Part shown: piece by piece, positions 42,551 through 54,372 of the stretch
Position numbering within the stretch: position 1 is the stretch's first letter
Layout: the number at the start of each line of letters is the position of its first letter
Assembly: GCA_964016885.1 (NCBI GenBank)
Contig: OZ024741.1
Location: 281,790,001-281,854,000 of the forward strand
Direction of reading: 5' to 3'
DNA from: Eledone cirrhosa
Lineage: Eukaryota
DNA length: 64,000 nucleotides
Notes under the pieces: generated by a model
Databases searched by the model: none
The model's input: only the letters and a program-made list of their open reading frames with translations
What the model was told of the DNA's origin: nothing
Made by a program: the position numbers and the translations under genes

Positions 42551-43589
42551 AACAAATGAACCATGTATTGGACATTGTAGTCACATAAGCTATGTCTGCA
42601 GAGCCAGGATGGTCATAGCTAGAATGGTTTTGATCATATGTCTACTGAACCAGAGATGAGCTGGGGCTGAAGTCAACAACAATTGAGCCAACGAGGGAGC
42701 TTCTCTACAGTTAATCAGCATGCTAGAAATAGCAGCTAAAACTCGAAGTCACACTACTATCTTAAAACATACACATGTCTGAATAACATGGCTTGAATGT
42801 CTTGCTCAGTTGAATGTCCGCTTGGTTAGTGTTGACCTGGGGCTAAACAATAGAGCTGGCTTTGAGTAATTTTATCAAAAGTTTATCAGGAATTTCAGAG
42901 ATGATTGGAGGTGAAATCAAATGGCTTTCTGTAACATATTTTGCTTTATTGTTTAGTTAGAGGCCTAAAACATACTTGGGAATGAGAAAGGCATACCGAA
43001 ATTCAAAACCTTGCCCAAATGCTTGCAACACAGTGGACACTCTAAATGGCTCCACCAGCCCACCGCACTACACTGGCACTTTATCAGTCCTGGAAGGATC
43101 AATGGTAACATAGACCTTGGTGGGATTTGAACACCCTCACACACACACACACACTAAGAGTTGTAGGGTTAGCTGTTATATTAATGATGAATAAATGTGT
43201 TTACATGCATGTGTGAGTGAGTGCATACATGCATGTGTGAGTATGCATGGATGTATATGTGTGTATATATGCATGTGAAAATGAGTTTACACAATAAGTT
43301 GGGTTTTTTTTTATAATTACAAACAAAAAAAAATCTAAGGAAAACTATATTGACAACAATTTACAAAAGAACTGTGTTTTGCACTTCTACAACTTCTGAA
43401 ATCCTAAAGGAGCTCAGTGTAAAATTGCATAATTTTAATTAGAATTTCAGCCGATACAATTCCACATTGAACTTTCATTGTGACTATATTTTCTAATGTA
43501 ATACACTATTTCAATTAATTTATGAACAATTTGGAAGGAATTACTAAAATGATTATTTCAATATTAAGGTTGTATTTGTAACATGTGAT

Positions 43590-43920
43590 GAATTGACAGT
43601 CATTAGAACATCAGCTAGAATGATTTGCAGTATTCGTTCAGCTCTGCTCTTTCAGTTCAAGTCTCTCCAAAGTCATCTTTGCCTTTCATCCTTTTGAGGG
43701 TGATAAAAAAAGTACCTGCCAAATACTAGGGGTCCATTCTTCCTCTATGTTTTTCTCACTTTCTCTCTCTCTCACTCTCTATTCTTCTCTGGAAGAAATC
43801 TGCTGTACTCAGACCTGGAGAGGAGATGGGCTGCACCAGGTTCTAAAATGCACTAAAAAAAAGTTGTATGTCAATACAGTGCCTCTACAACTCCTTCAGG
43901 AGTTACGGATCCATACCATA
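43590..43920 (+). mobile_element. SINE with long 3' extension
   Basis: tttgcctttcatccttttgaggg..ctggaagaaatctgctgtactcagacctggagaggagatggg. Confidence 0.8.
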
Positions 43921-44339
43921 TCATAAATTAATACAGAGTTCTTATATGAAATTATTTTGGAAGGTAAACACTTTAATATGGCTGGTTTTGTTTCATAGAA
44001 CTGGGGTGGTTTTAAGCAGGTTGGTATCAAAAGAGTAAATGGGAGTTTTCTAAACTTTGAATTGCAAGAATAATCTTAGTTGATTGGAGTTTTTACCCTA
44101 CTCACCATATTCAGATGAGATTGTATAGTAATTAGGGTGCTCAGTTCATCCCCTTAAACTAATTATATGGAACTGAATTTAGGTGTAACATTTTAGAAAA
44201 ATAATTTTTTAAAGATTTATCATCAAATTTAATTCAGTAAATGAATTATGATTGTATAAAAACGAGGAGTTACTACGCTACTAAAGCTCAAGTAAATGTA
44301 TTCCACATGCTACCACCATAAATGAAACTTAAGGGTCAG

Positions 44340-44477
44340 TTCGCCTCATGTTCCCATTGGGCAAGACGGAGAGGACATTGCCCTGAAAGATTGCGAGGGA
44401 GACATGCTGGAAGATGCTGGAAGAGCCATTCCACTCCATAGGGCTTGCACTTGTAGGTAGCCAACTCCACTCCAATA
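44340..44477 (-). mobile_element. CRE-like retrotransposon 3' fragment
   Basis: Minus strand reads IGVELATYKCKPYGVEWLFQH..VSLAIFQGNVLSVL. Confidence 0.75.
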
Positions 44478-45018
44478 ACACATTCTATCATTCAGCAAGA
44501 CACTTTTGTTCACGTTGGTCCAGTCAACTCAGCTGGCAAAAATGAGTTGTACCTACAATTCAAAGAACTGGCATTGTCACAGACTGTATCACATTGAATC
44601 TCTTCAAGAACTATGTTAAGGGTACACTTATCTGTGTTATGCTGTCACTTGCACATTAATTTCAGTAAACCAGAAATGTGAAAGTATGTAGCTTGGTGGA
44701 CGACCATATGGCTGAGTTCAATTCCTGATGACACATTGTGTCTTTGAGCAAGACACTTTATTTCACACAGTTTGTTGTAATTCAAAAAGACCAGCCTTGT
44801 CCCAGACTGTGTGCGACACTGACTCTAAGAACTGAGTTAAGCATACACTAATCTGTAGAATGCCCAGTACAGTAATTCCATCAGGCAGGTTGTTCTGTTT
44901 TTTTTCAATAAAAAGCACCCAGTCAAGTCTGTATAAGCAAGATATGGTCACCCGATGTGACTTATCTCACAACAAGACAACTCGTCTAACCCATCTAGCA
45001 TGGAAAAATGGACACAAA

Positions 45019-45224
45019 CCCTTTAGCATTTACATTATTCTATATTTACTATTGTATTTTCATGGTAAAGGCTTTATCTCACATAATATTGAAGCTATGA
45101 GATTTTGGTGTTATTTTGAGAACAATACCTTATCAGTATGAGTGGTCAGTTACAGCCAGTTTGAACAGAAAAAAGTGAGAGAATTGCCAGTTTAAAATGG
45201 CCAGTTTAAATGTTAAAGGGTTAA
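45019..45224. mobile_element. TTAA-type MITE, family C (TIR CCCTTTAGCA)
   Basis: ccctttagcatttacatt...aaatgttaaagggttaa. Homologous, in opposite orientation, to 61058-61276 and 63635-63815. Confidence 0.7.
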
Positions 45225-45612
45225 ACAGTGATGATGATGATGGTGGAACACTATTAGTCATCGGAACTGATAGATCTGACAACCCAGAAACACGGAAAGG
45301 TCATACAATATGTAAAAATACGGTTTTATAGTTGCACTTTCCCACACCTCACCGCACCCCACTAATATTACTTGAGAGATATAAAGAAACACAGAAGCAT
45401 ATTATAAACAGCAGGCATCATTTTGCCTTAAATCAATTCCAAGTGGTTAGCTATAAACTTCAATAATGATAAAACAAATTTAAAAAAATAATATATAAAA
45501 TGAAATGAAAGCAATCTATTGATTGGAGAAAAAAAAGTTTCAGCAAAAGTTATTTAAATGTAATAGATCTAAAGTGAAATACAAATATTAGTTTGTGTGC
45601 ACACACATGCAC

Positions 45613-45656
<44 letters not shown>

Positions 45657-46059
45657 CAGTTAATGCTAAAAGAATTGATAAGCCTTTGCTTCTTTCAATA
45701 CTTTTCAATAAAAAGTTAAATCTTTGAAAATTCATACATTTCCACACACACACAAAATTCCAATTAATGAAAACATCTTCAAAAAGTATAAATTATACAA
45801 TTTATAATACATAAAGTAAATTTTTTTCCCTCACTACCATATGTAAAGTTAAACCATATAAAAATGAATACTTTATACCCCAAAGCATTTCTGTAGTATT
45901 TCTATAGCATTTTCCAATCTTAATCCAATAGCAATGATTGAACTGCCATGATGGAACTGCATTGATCCAGGCAACTTTCTTTAGAACATACTATTTGGCC
46001 TGTCAATTTATTTAGGTCAATTGAAACTCATTAACTATCTGTAAAATTGCCTTGTGTAA

Positions 46060-46308
46060 TGAAGGAAGATTATGATCATTGAGTGAAGAAGTGCCAAGAA
46101 ATTCTACTGGAAGGAAGTTACAGTAGAAAGAAACTAAGGAAGACATGGGCAGACATTGTGAGAGCTGATCACAAATCAAATCACTGAAGCTCATGGTCGA
46201 GATGATGTAGGACCAGAACATGTGGAGGGATGCTACCTGGAAAAGACTCATCCAGCCCATGCAATCATAGAAAAAAAAAAAAAAAATGGACGTAAAACAG
46301 TGATGATG
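46060..46308 (+). mobile_element. RTE 3' fragment (subfamily related to 59572-60361)
   Basis: gtgaagaagtgccaagaa..aggaagacatgggcag..cccatgcaatcatag..ggacgtaaaacagtgatgatg. Confidence 0.75.
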
Positions 46309-46310
46309 TT

Positions 46311-47097
46311 CATCATCATCATACGTCCATTCTTCCACGCTAGCATGGGTTAGACAGGTTGTCCTGTTCTGGGCAGTGTCTGGTCGGCTGACCTTGTCTT
46401 GCTCATACAGGAACTGATTCTGGTTTGATTTCTACAGCTGGATGCCCTTCCTAACACCAACCTCATTTACAGTGAGTGCTGGGTGCTTTTTTCCGTGGCG
46501 CCTACACATCCACTTTACAGTGTGGGCTGGGTACTTTTTTGCTGTGGCACTTCCACGACCACTTTGCAGTGGGAGGGTGTGGGGGCATATTGTCTATATG
46601 CTTCAGCTTGTACCCGTGGGAGGTCGGGTACTCTGTATTACTGCGTGACGCCAGAGGTCACGGTCGTGTGTCATCGCCTTTGAGAGGTGTAATTGGGTAA
46701 GGTCGGCTTTTATCACCTCATCCCAGGTCTTCTTGGGTCTCCCCACTCCGCGGTTTCCATTGACTTCTAGTGCTCTGCACCTTTTTATGCAGCTGTCATC
46801 CTTCAGACGCATCACATGTCCATACCAATGCGTCCGCCTCTCCTGCACACAGCATTTGATTCCTCTTATGCTCAGTTTCTCTCTCAATTCATTTATGCTT
46901 TGTCGTTCACGTATATTACTATTACACATCCATCAGAGCATGCAGGCTTCGTTTCTTTCTAATCTACGTAAGTCTTCCACCTTCAACCCCCAGGTCTCAC
47001 TACCATGTAACATTGCGCTGTTCGTATACACGCATCATACAGTCTGCCTTTCATTTTAAGGGAAAAGCCTTTTGCAACTAGCAGTGGCAGTAGTTCC
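46311..47097 (-). mobile_element. 5'-truncated RTE LINE
   Basis: ELLPLLVAKGFSLKMKG..HGSETW..MCNSNIRERQS..WYGHVMR..GRPKKTWDE; 3' UTR and (GAT)n tail. Confidence 0.93.
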
Positions 47098-47584
47098 GAT
47101 GATAGAAACTCTTTAAAATGGGTAGTACTGCTTAATTAAAACCAGAAGCAGTTTTGGGCGTATTGAAAGGGTTAAAATAAAAAGAAAGAAAAATTTCACT
47201 AGATGAATGTACATCAGCAATAACAACATTACATCTGCACATGGCTAATTTCCACACAGCTGGCATATATCTACCAAGTGCTTGACTATGCTTGTAAATC
47301 TTGGCAGTTCCAAACTTTTCTTTTAATCTATTTTTTTTCATTAGCTACAGAAGTAAAATGTACCTCCACTAATATTTATTTTATACAAGTTATCTTCAGA
47401 TTGGTTGACAACTTGTTAGGTTGTTTGTTAAACAATACTGACAGAAATAAAGTCTAACAATTAAAATACAATTAAAATAACAAAATACATTGTTTTCAAA
47501 TACTAAATATGTATTTAGTTTGAGTAGAATCAACAGAATCAAGAAAAAGATGGAGGAAAATACTTTAAATAGCAAAATTGTATT

Positions 47585-47745
47585 TTTTCTGTAACAAAAT
47601 ATATTTATTCTGTTATAAAATGTATTTATTCTGTAACAAAATATATTTATTCCGTTATAAAATGTATTTATTCTGTAACAAAATGTATTTATTCTGTAAC
47701 AAAATGTATTTATTCATGAAGAAAATGAATTCTGTAACAAAATTA
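47585..47745. repeat. 21-bp minisatellite (aaatgtatttattctgtaaca)
   Basis: About 7 copies. Confidence 0.9.
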
Positions 47746-48364
47746 TATAGCAGATAAAAAAAATGATGATGGGGCCTAATAGAATGTTGGCAGGCTAAAG
47801 AAACTTTTTTGTGTAGTAGATGAGAATTAAGTCTTCCACATACATTCCACAGATAGTCACAGTAGTAAGCAAGCTTAGTTGTTCCATTCCATTTTTTTTT
47901 TCTTTTTAAAAACTATGCTAAATATTTTTCTTGTCATTTCACCAACATGAGCTAAAATAAACATGCTGCTCCCAAAAAATATGCCTTGTGAGATTTCTAA
48001 CAAAATTTCATTCTTAAATTGAGTATGTGCACACAAACACTACGCAAAAGATTTATTACAAAGTAACTTGGTTTAATTATCATAATCAGGTTTTAACACC
48101 AATGCACATGGCTCAAATATTCTGATCAGCTCACACACACAAACATGTGTATGTGTATTGTATTAGAATGTATATTTAAAATACTGTAGAATTTAAAACA
48201 TTCAAATATAACACAACGAGCATTCAGTGCTGGTGGGTAGAGTGTAGAAATGTATTTTCTGAGTAGAAAAGAGTCAGAGGTTCAAAGTTTCTCTAAATTA
48301 TAGTGTACAATCCTTCAGCAATAATAAGATAGTTTTATAAAGTTAACCCTTTTGACCCTGTAAG

Positions 48365-48665
48365 ACAGTAGTGCTGGTGCTATAATAAAAACCAACTAGA
48401 TGACTCTATAAGGTGGTAGTGGTGGCACAATAAAAACTACCCCACTACCCGATAAGGTGGTGGTGCCACAATAAAAACTACCCCACTACCCGATAAGGTG
48501 GTAGTGCCACAATAAAAATAACCCAGACCACCCTATAAAGTGGTAGTGCTGGTGCCACAATAAAAACCACCCAGACCACTCTATAAGGTGGTAGGGGTGG
48601 TGTCATGACAAAGAGCACTCAGTCAACAATGTTAAGGTGGTAATACCAAAGTCATGATAAAATGT
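48365..48665 (+). repeat. ~40-46 bp minisatellite derived from the RTE 3' UTR module
   Basis: Unit gtggtagtgctggtgccacaataaaaaccacccagaccactctataag resembles gtgccacggtaataaagcacccagtactcactgtaaa at 52479. Confidence 0.8.
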
Positions 48666-48771
48666 TCCGAGTGCATGAAATAAGCTTACCTGAGAAGGAT
48701 ATTAGTCTGCCATATGTAACATTCCCAGATGATTCAATACATACTATCAACAGCCAAAAAAAATCCGTATT

Positions 48772-49178
48772 TCTTTAGAAATACGAAATTCAAATACATA
48801 TTTGTATACAGCTATATTCAAAGCTAAATTCTAATTCTATTCTATTATAGGTTGAGCCAACTTATACAACTTCATATGCAAACAAGATTAATCACCTCAT
48901 TTACACAGACGAAAAAACTATATATTTTCACCTGTTTTCAAAGTTCGGCAGTTGCAAGAGCAGAAGAGATCGTCCCGACGAGAACCAGTTGAGTTCGAAA
49001 TGCATCGACGATTGTCCCCCTTGCTTCTGCTGAGCACCACTGTGTGGTGTTAACTGCCAGCGTCTTTCATAGATATGGCTTTCTAAATGTTTATTTATAA
49101 ACATATCTTTAGAAATACGAAATTCAAATACATATGTGTATACAGCTATGTTCGAAGCTAAATTCTAATGCTATTCTA
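48772..49178. repeat. 73-bp direct repeat pair (48772-48844 / 49106-49178) flanking ~260 bp
   Basis: tctttagaaatacgaaattcaaatacata..ctattcta, 4 mismatches. Confidence 0.9.
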
Positions 49179-49311
49179 AAATTAATTGTATTGCTTCACC
49201 ATATTTCTACATTACCATATTTCGAAAACATTGCTTAGGTTTTCTAAATAATGTTGAAAATAATCAAAAATTTCAAACGATTTAGTAACTTTCATTATTT
49301 ATTATTATTAT

Positions 49312-51645
49312 AGGAAAACCGTGATATTGTCGGGGAGAAGTGTGTGCTTAACGATGATGGCATACTTGCCATCACCGACGCTGATAAGAAGGTAGCTTGG
49401 AAGTGTCACTACGAAAGGCTTCTAAATGAGGAGAACAAATGGGAGAAAGACAGTCTCCCCCACATCGACCCAATAGAGGGACCAGCAGTGTTAGTCCAGG
49501 GTAGTACAATAAGCAAGGCAATCAAAGATATGAAGACGGGTAAGGTGGCTGGTCCTTCGGAAATAGTTGCTGAGATGCTGAAGGCATCTGGTTCGGTGGG
49601 ACACACCATGGTCACCCGGATAGTTAACCAAGTCGTACAGAATGGGGTTGTTCCGAAGGACTGGCGTAGCAGCATCATCGTTAACTGCTATAAGGGAAAA
49701 GGAGATGCCCTAGATAGGAGTAACTATAGAGGCATTAAATTAATCAACCAGGTCATGAAGGTCACGGAAAAAGTAATAGCGCAACTAATCAGAGAGAGAA
49801 TTGATCTAGATGAAATGCAGTTCGGATTTGTGTCAGGCAAAAGTACCACAGACGCTCTTTTCATTGTACGACAACTACAGGAGAAGTACCTAGCTAAAAG
49901 TAAACCCCTATACTTAGCCTTCGTCGACTTGGAGAAAGCCTTCGACAGAGTCCCCCGTTCCATTATCTGGTGGTCTCTTAGAAAACTAGGTGTTGACGAA
50001 TGGCTTGTGAGAGCTATACAAGCCATGTATAAAGAAACAGTCAGTAAGGTTAGAATTAACAACGAATATAGTGAAGAGTTTAGCGTAAAAGTTGGTGTCC
50101 ATCAGGGCTCTGTTCTTAGCCCCCTACTATTTATTATTGCCCTTCAGGCTATAACAGAGGAGTTCAAGACCAGCTGCCCATGGGAACTCCTATATGCAGA
50201 TGATCTAACGCTCATAGCTGAATCAATGACCGAACTAGAGAAGAAATTCCAAACATGGAAGCACGGCCTAGAATCAAAAGGCCTTAAAATTAACCTGTCT
50301 AAGACTAAAGTTCTAGCTTGTAGGAAAGAAAATATGGCGGCAGTCCCATCTGGGAAATGGCCATGCTCAGTGTGTAGGAAAGGCGTAGGTAGAAACTCCA
50401 TTTTATGTCCCAAATGCAAAGTATGGGTGCATAAAAGATGTAGTGGGATCACAGGTAAGCTAACTAAGAACATAGATTTTACATGTGGCCGGTGCTCTGG
50501 TGCAATAAGTAGCAGCAAGTGCCCACAAAATACTAGCTCCTTCAACTGCGCAGAGGGTTCTATAGAAATAGTGGACAGCTTCCGTTACCTGGGTGACAAA
50601 ATCAGCAGTGGGGGAGGGTGCTCTGAAAGTACAGTAGCTAGAGTCAGAACTGGATGGAAAAAGTTCAGAGAGCTTATACCACTATTAGCCGCTAGAGGGT
50701 TCTCCCTAAAAATGAAAGGCAGGTTATACGATGCCTGCATACGAACAGCAATGCTGCATGGCAGTGAGACCTGGGCATTGTGTGCAGAGGATATACGCAG
50801 ACTAGAGAAGAACGAAGCTTGCATGCTCCGCTGGATGTGCAATAGTAATATACGTGAACGGCAAAGCATAAACGAACTAAGGAAAAAATTAGAAATAAGA
50901 GGGATCAGATGTTGTTTACTCGAGAGAAGGCTACGTTGGTACGGTCACGTGATGCGCATGAAAGACGACAGCTGTATAACAAAGTGCAGGGCAATAAAGA
51001 TAGACGGTAGCCACGGAGTAGGCAGACCCAGAAAAACATGGGACGAGCTGATAAATTCCGACCTCACACGCTTACACCTCTCCAAGACAATGTCACTGGA
51101 CCGAGACCTTTGGCGGTACTCAGTAATAGAGAAGACCTGCCTTACCTAAATACAAAGTAAAAACCTACTACAGTCAGTAGGCATCTCTATCAAACCCCCC
51201 CCCCCGTCCCACCACCTCATCCACACCGCCCCTTTCAATGTACAGTTATGTTGGTCCCACAACATCCAGGCCGAAACAAATGAGATCGTGTAGGTGTCAC
51301 GACAAAAAACACAGTGCACGCTGTAAATGTGGCCGTGTAGGCAACACGGTAAAAACCTCCCAGCCCCACACTGTAAATGTGGTTGGTGTTAGGAAGGGCA
51401 TCCAGCTGTAGAAAACCCGCCAGACAGTCCACGCTGTAATGTGGCCGTGTAGGCAACACGGTAAAAACCTCCCAGCCCCACACTGTAAATGTGGTTGGTG
51501 TTAGGAAGGGCATCCAATTGTAGAAAACCCGCCAGACAGTCCTATGCGAGCAAGACAACCACTCTTGCCTCAAGTGGGAAAACCCCCGTCCAAACCCATG
51601 CAAGCGTGGAACACGGACGCTAAACCTGATGATGATGATGATGAT
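49312..51645 (+). mobile_element. Young 5'-truncated RTE-clade LINE inserted in a family A MITE
   Basis: Uninterrupted RT ORF, 3' UTR with a ~113-bp tandem duplication, (GAT)6 tail. MITE sequence continues on both sides. Confidence 0.97.
49344..51149 (+). CDS. RTE ORF, N-terminally truncated: reverse transcriptase with embedded C4HC3 finger; no AP endonuclease retained
   Basis: YKGKGDALDRSNYRGIKL, QFGF, FVDLEKAFDRV, GVHQGSVLSPLLF, LLYADD, FRYLG. The GTG start is not a true initiator; the frame is open from ~49314. Confidence 0.93.
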   Translation: MLNDDGILAITDADKKVAWKCHYERLLNEENKWEKDSLPHIDPIEGPAVLVQGSTISKAIKDMKTGKVAGPSEIVAEMLKASGSVGHTMVTRIVNQVVQNGVVPKDWRSSIIVNCYKGKGDALDRSNYRGIKLINQVMKVTEKVIAQLIRERIDLDEMQFGFVSGKSTTDALFIVRQLQEKYLAKSKPLYLAFVDLEKAFDRVPRSIIWWSLRKLGVDEWLVRAIQAMYKETVSKVRINNEYSEEFSVKVGVHQGSVLSPLLFIIALQAITEEFKTSCPWELLYADDLTLIAESMTELEKKFQTWKHGLESKGLKINLSKTKVLACRKENMAAVPSGKWPCSVCRKGVGRNSILCPKCKVWVHKRCSGITGKLTKNIDFTCGRCSGAISSSKCPQNTSSFNCAEGSIEIVDSFRYLGDKISSGGGCSESTVARVRTGWKKFRELIPLLAARGFSLKMKGRLYDACIRTAMLHGSETWALCAEDIRRLEKNEACMLRWMCNSNIRERQSINELRKKLEIRGIRCCLLERRLRWYGHVMRMKDDSCITKCRAIKIDGSHGVGRPRKTWDELINSDLTRLHLSKTMSLDRDLWRYSVIEKTCLT

Positions 51646-52154
51646 TATTTGTTTAAAAGTTCTTACATAAAATTAAGATGGAAAAATACAAAGTAGCACT
51701 ATGGCTGCATCACACTAAAAATGTTATAGTATCTTTACTATAGTAAAGATACTATAACAAGTTGAGTGGATGGTTTTCATTGTAGCACCCCCATAAACCA
51801 GATGGCATCTTGTTAAATATTGAAGTCTTTACTATAATACTGAAAATTTTCACAAGGATATGTTCATTAGTAAAGATATTATAAGCATTTGAATTAATCC
51901 TGTTTTTAGATATTTTTGTTAAACCATTACAAAATGTTAAAAGTTAAAGGAGCAGCACAAAAGTATGTCAAAGTAGTTGTGATGTGTAGAATAGGTGTGA
52001 AACTCATAATCAATACAGTTCAAGAATCAACTTTGAAAAATTATCTCACTGATGATTGATTGGTAAGGGAACAAAACAAAATTAGTGAAAAATATCAGGA
52101 GCTCAAACTTTCAATAAAAATTTATATTAATACATATAGATGCAAGCATGTCTA

Positions 52155-52675
52155 AGTAGCTAAAGGGTTTGCTTCACAACCAGTTGGTTTTACATTCAGT
52201 CTCACTGTGTAGAAATAGTCTAGTGTCTTTTACTATAGTCTGGAATTTGGTGTGCGTGTCCATCCATCTGTGTCCATGTGCAGGATCATGTGTATGTGAC
52301 CATGTGTGGGACCATGTGTGCATGTGTTGATGTGCGGGACCATGTATGCGTGTGTCCATGTGCGGGACCATGTGTGTGTGTGTGTCGATGTGCGGGACCG
52401 TGTGTGTGTCCATGTGTATATGTGCGTGCATGTGTGTGTGTCTGTTTATGTTTATGTCTATGTCCTAGGTTATGTAAGTGCCACGGTAATAAAGCACCCA
52501 GTACTCACTGTAAATGAAATTGGTATTAGGAAGGGCATCCAGCTGTAGAAATCTAGCCAAAATCAGTTCCTGTATGAGCAAGACAAGGTCACCCAACCTG
52601 GCATTGCCCACACCAGCACAACCCGTCTAACCCATGCTAGTGTGGAAAAATGTACGTAAAACGGTGATGATGAAA
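52155..52675 (+). mobile_element. Composite SINE: tRNA-derived head, internal GT-rich minisatellite (52255-52440), RTE-type 3' tail
   Basis: gtttgcttcacaacc head; unit ccatgtgcgggaccatgtgtg; tail ttaggaagggcatccagctgtagaaa..cccgtctaacccatgctag..gatgatga. Confidence 0.7.
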
Positions 52676-53239
52676 TTTGCAGTTCATCCAAAATTAGATT
52701 GATGCAATAAGTACTGGGGGTCAATATCATTGACTTAATGAAGTCAGTGCCCTAACATGGCCATAGTCTAATGACTGAAACAAATAAAAGAAAATGTATC
52801 TGCTTGCCTCAACCTAGGAAACTATCAAAATGTTATGTAAGGGTGAACACTATCACAAAGAGAAGTAACTGTAATGTATAACTATATATTTGTTCACTTA
52901 TCCAACTCATGATAAGATTAAAAGTTGATGTAAAATAATCAGTATTTTTCTTGTTAGAATGTTTTTTTTTAATAGAAATTATCTGTAATTCAGTACAACT
53001 AAATTTCAATATCAGTGCAAGCTAGTCTGTCTGCTAAACATATATATTTCTTTTTAATGAATGTTTTACATAGCTAATCTTATAATCTTGATAAATTAGT
53101 ATTTAGAGGATTAATTTATACTACAGTCAGGTGTAGTTAACTCATCTTTATAAATAAATATTTTACAAAACTTCAACTAAATCTTCAGAAATATCAACAA
53201 TGAAATTCATTTTAGCCTCAAAATAGTGATGGCAAACCT

Positions 53240-53570
53240 TCTTCACTCACTTATTCCTGAGAGGGTCATGGGGGTAGAGTCCTCAAACTATTTTCAGCAG
53301 ATCCTGTCAGAAGTAACCATCTCCAATTGATCTGGCTGGATCCCCAAGCAAGACCTGCCAAGCTCTTGGATGTTAGCCAACCATTTTGCTCAGAGTCTAC
53401 CACTGGATCTCCCAGTAAAATCTGTCCAGTGATTCTAACCACATGCCCATAGTATTGGAGTAGTGATCTCTCAATTCAGAGAAGTAGTAGTGGCTCTACC
53501 TGGAGCGGCTGATCTCCGAACTACACACTATTGAGTAACAGAGACCCTCGGGAGGAACCCCATTTACGCA
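53240..53570 (-). mobile_element. Decayed RTE (Expander-like) 3' fragment
   Basis: Homologous to 745-1100 (cacttattcc.gagagggt..ctggatccc.aagcaag). Confidence 0.7.
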
Positions 53571-54033
53571 GTAGAGGAAGACCTGCTTGAACATTGATTG
53601 ATCAACACAGAGTGAATGAAGTTGATAATACTACATGTAGAATTTTGAAGTTGATGAAAATCTTTGAATAGATATACATTCCCTTTATTCAGGAAGTTGA
53701 CATTTAGCTTTACTTAACATTAACTAAAGTGTGTGTGCTGATGTACAAAATACATTGGTACATGTATATTTACATGTATGCGTATATAGATATGTGTGAA
53801 TATGCAAATGCATATGTACATGCATACATACATACATACACAATATGAATACATATTTATATAAATATATTTTGAATACACACTCACATGCTCATATCCA
53901 CACATGCACTTTAGATACAAGTTTATCTAAACATACAAGTGCACCAATGTATGTGTGAGCATACAAATATACCTTCAATTGTATATATACTCATATCTGA
54001 ATATGCAAGTATATAGATGAATATGAGTAAGTC

Positions 54034-54036
<3 letters not shown>

Positions 54037-54110
<74 letters not shown>

Positions 54111-54161
54111 AAAAGAGAGAGAGAGAGAGAGAGAGAAAAAGAGAGAGAGAGAGAGAGAGAG

Positions 54162-54197
<36 letters not shown>

Positions 54198-54372
54198 CGA
54201 GTGAGTGCGAGTGAGTGCGAGTGCGAGCGAGTGAGTGCGAGTGCGAGCGAGTGCGAGCGAGTGCGAGCGCGTGCGTGAGTGCGTGCGAGTGCGTGCGTGA
54301 GTGCGTGCGAGTGTGTGCGAGTGTGTGTGAGTGTGTGTGTGTGAGTGTGTGTGAGTGTGTGTGAGTGTGTGT
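54037..54372. repeat. Compound microsatellite grading (GA)n > (GAGTGC)n > (GTGA/GT)n
   Basis: Direct reading. Confidence 0.95.

Noticed and set aside
48690-48750. Bcl-2 BH1-like resemblance of GNVTYGRLISF
   Set aside because: Too short, lacks NWGR, and no other BH-domain exon was found. Kept only as an anonymous exon candidate.
49409-50869. Antisense ORFs over the RTE
   Set aside because: Shadow frames of the RT ORF with no independent motifs.
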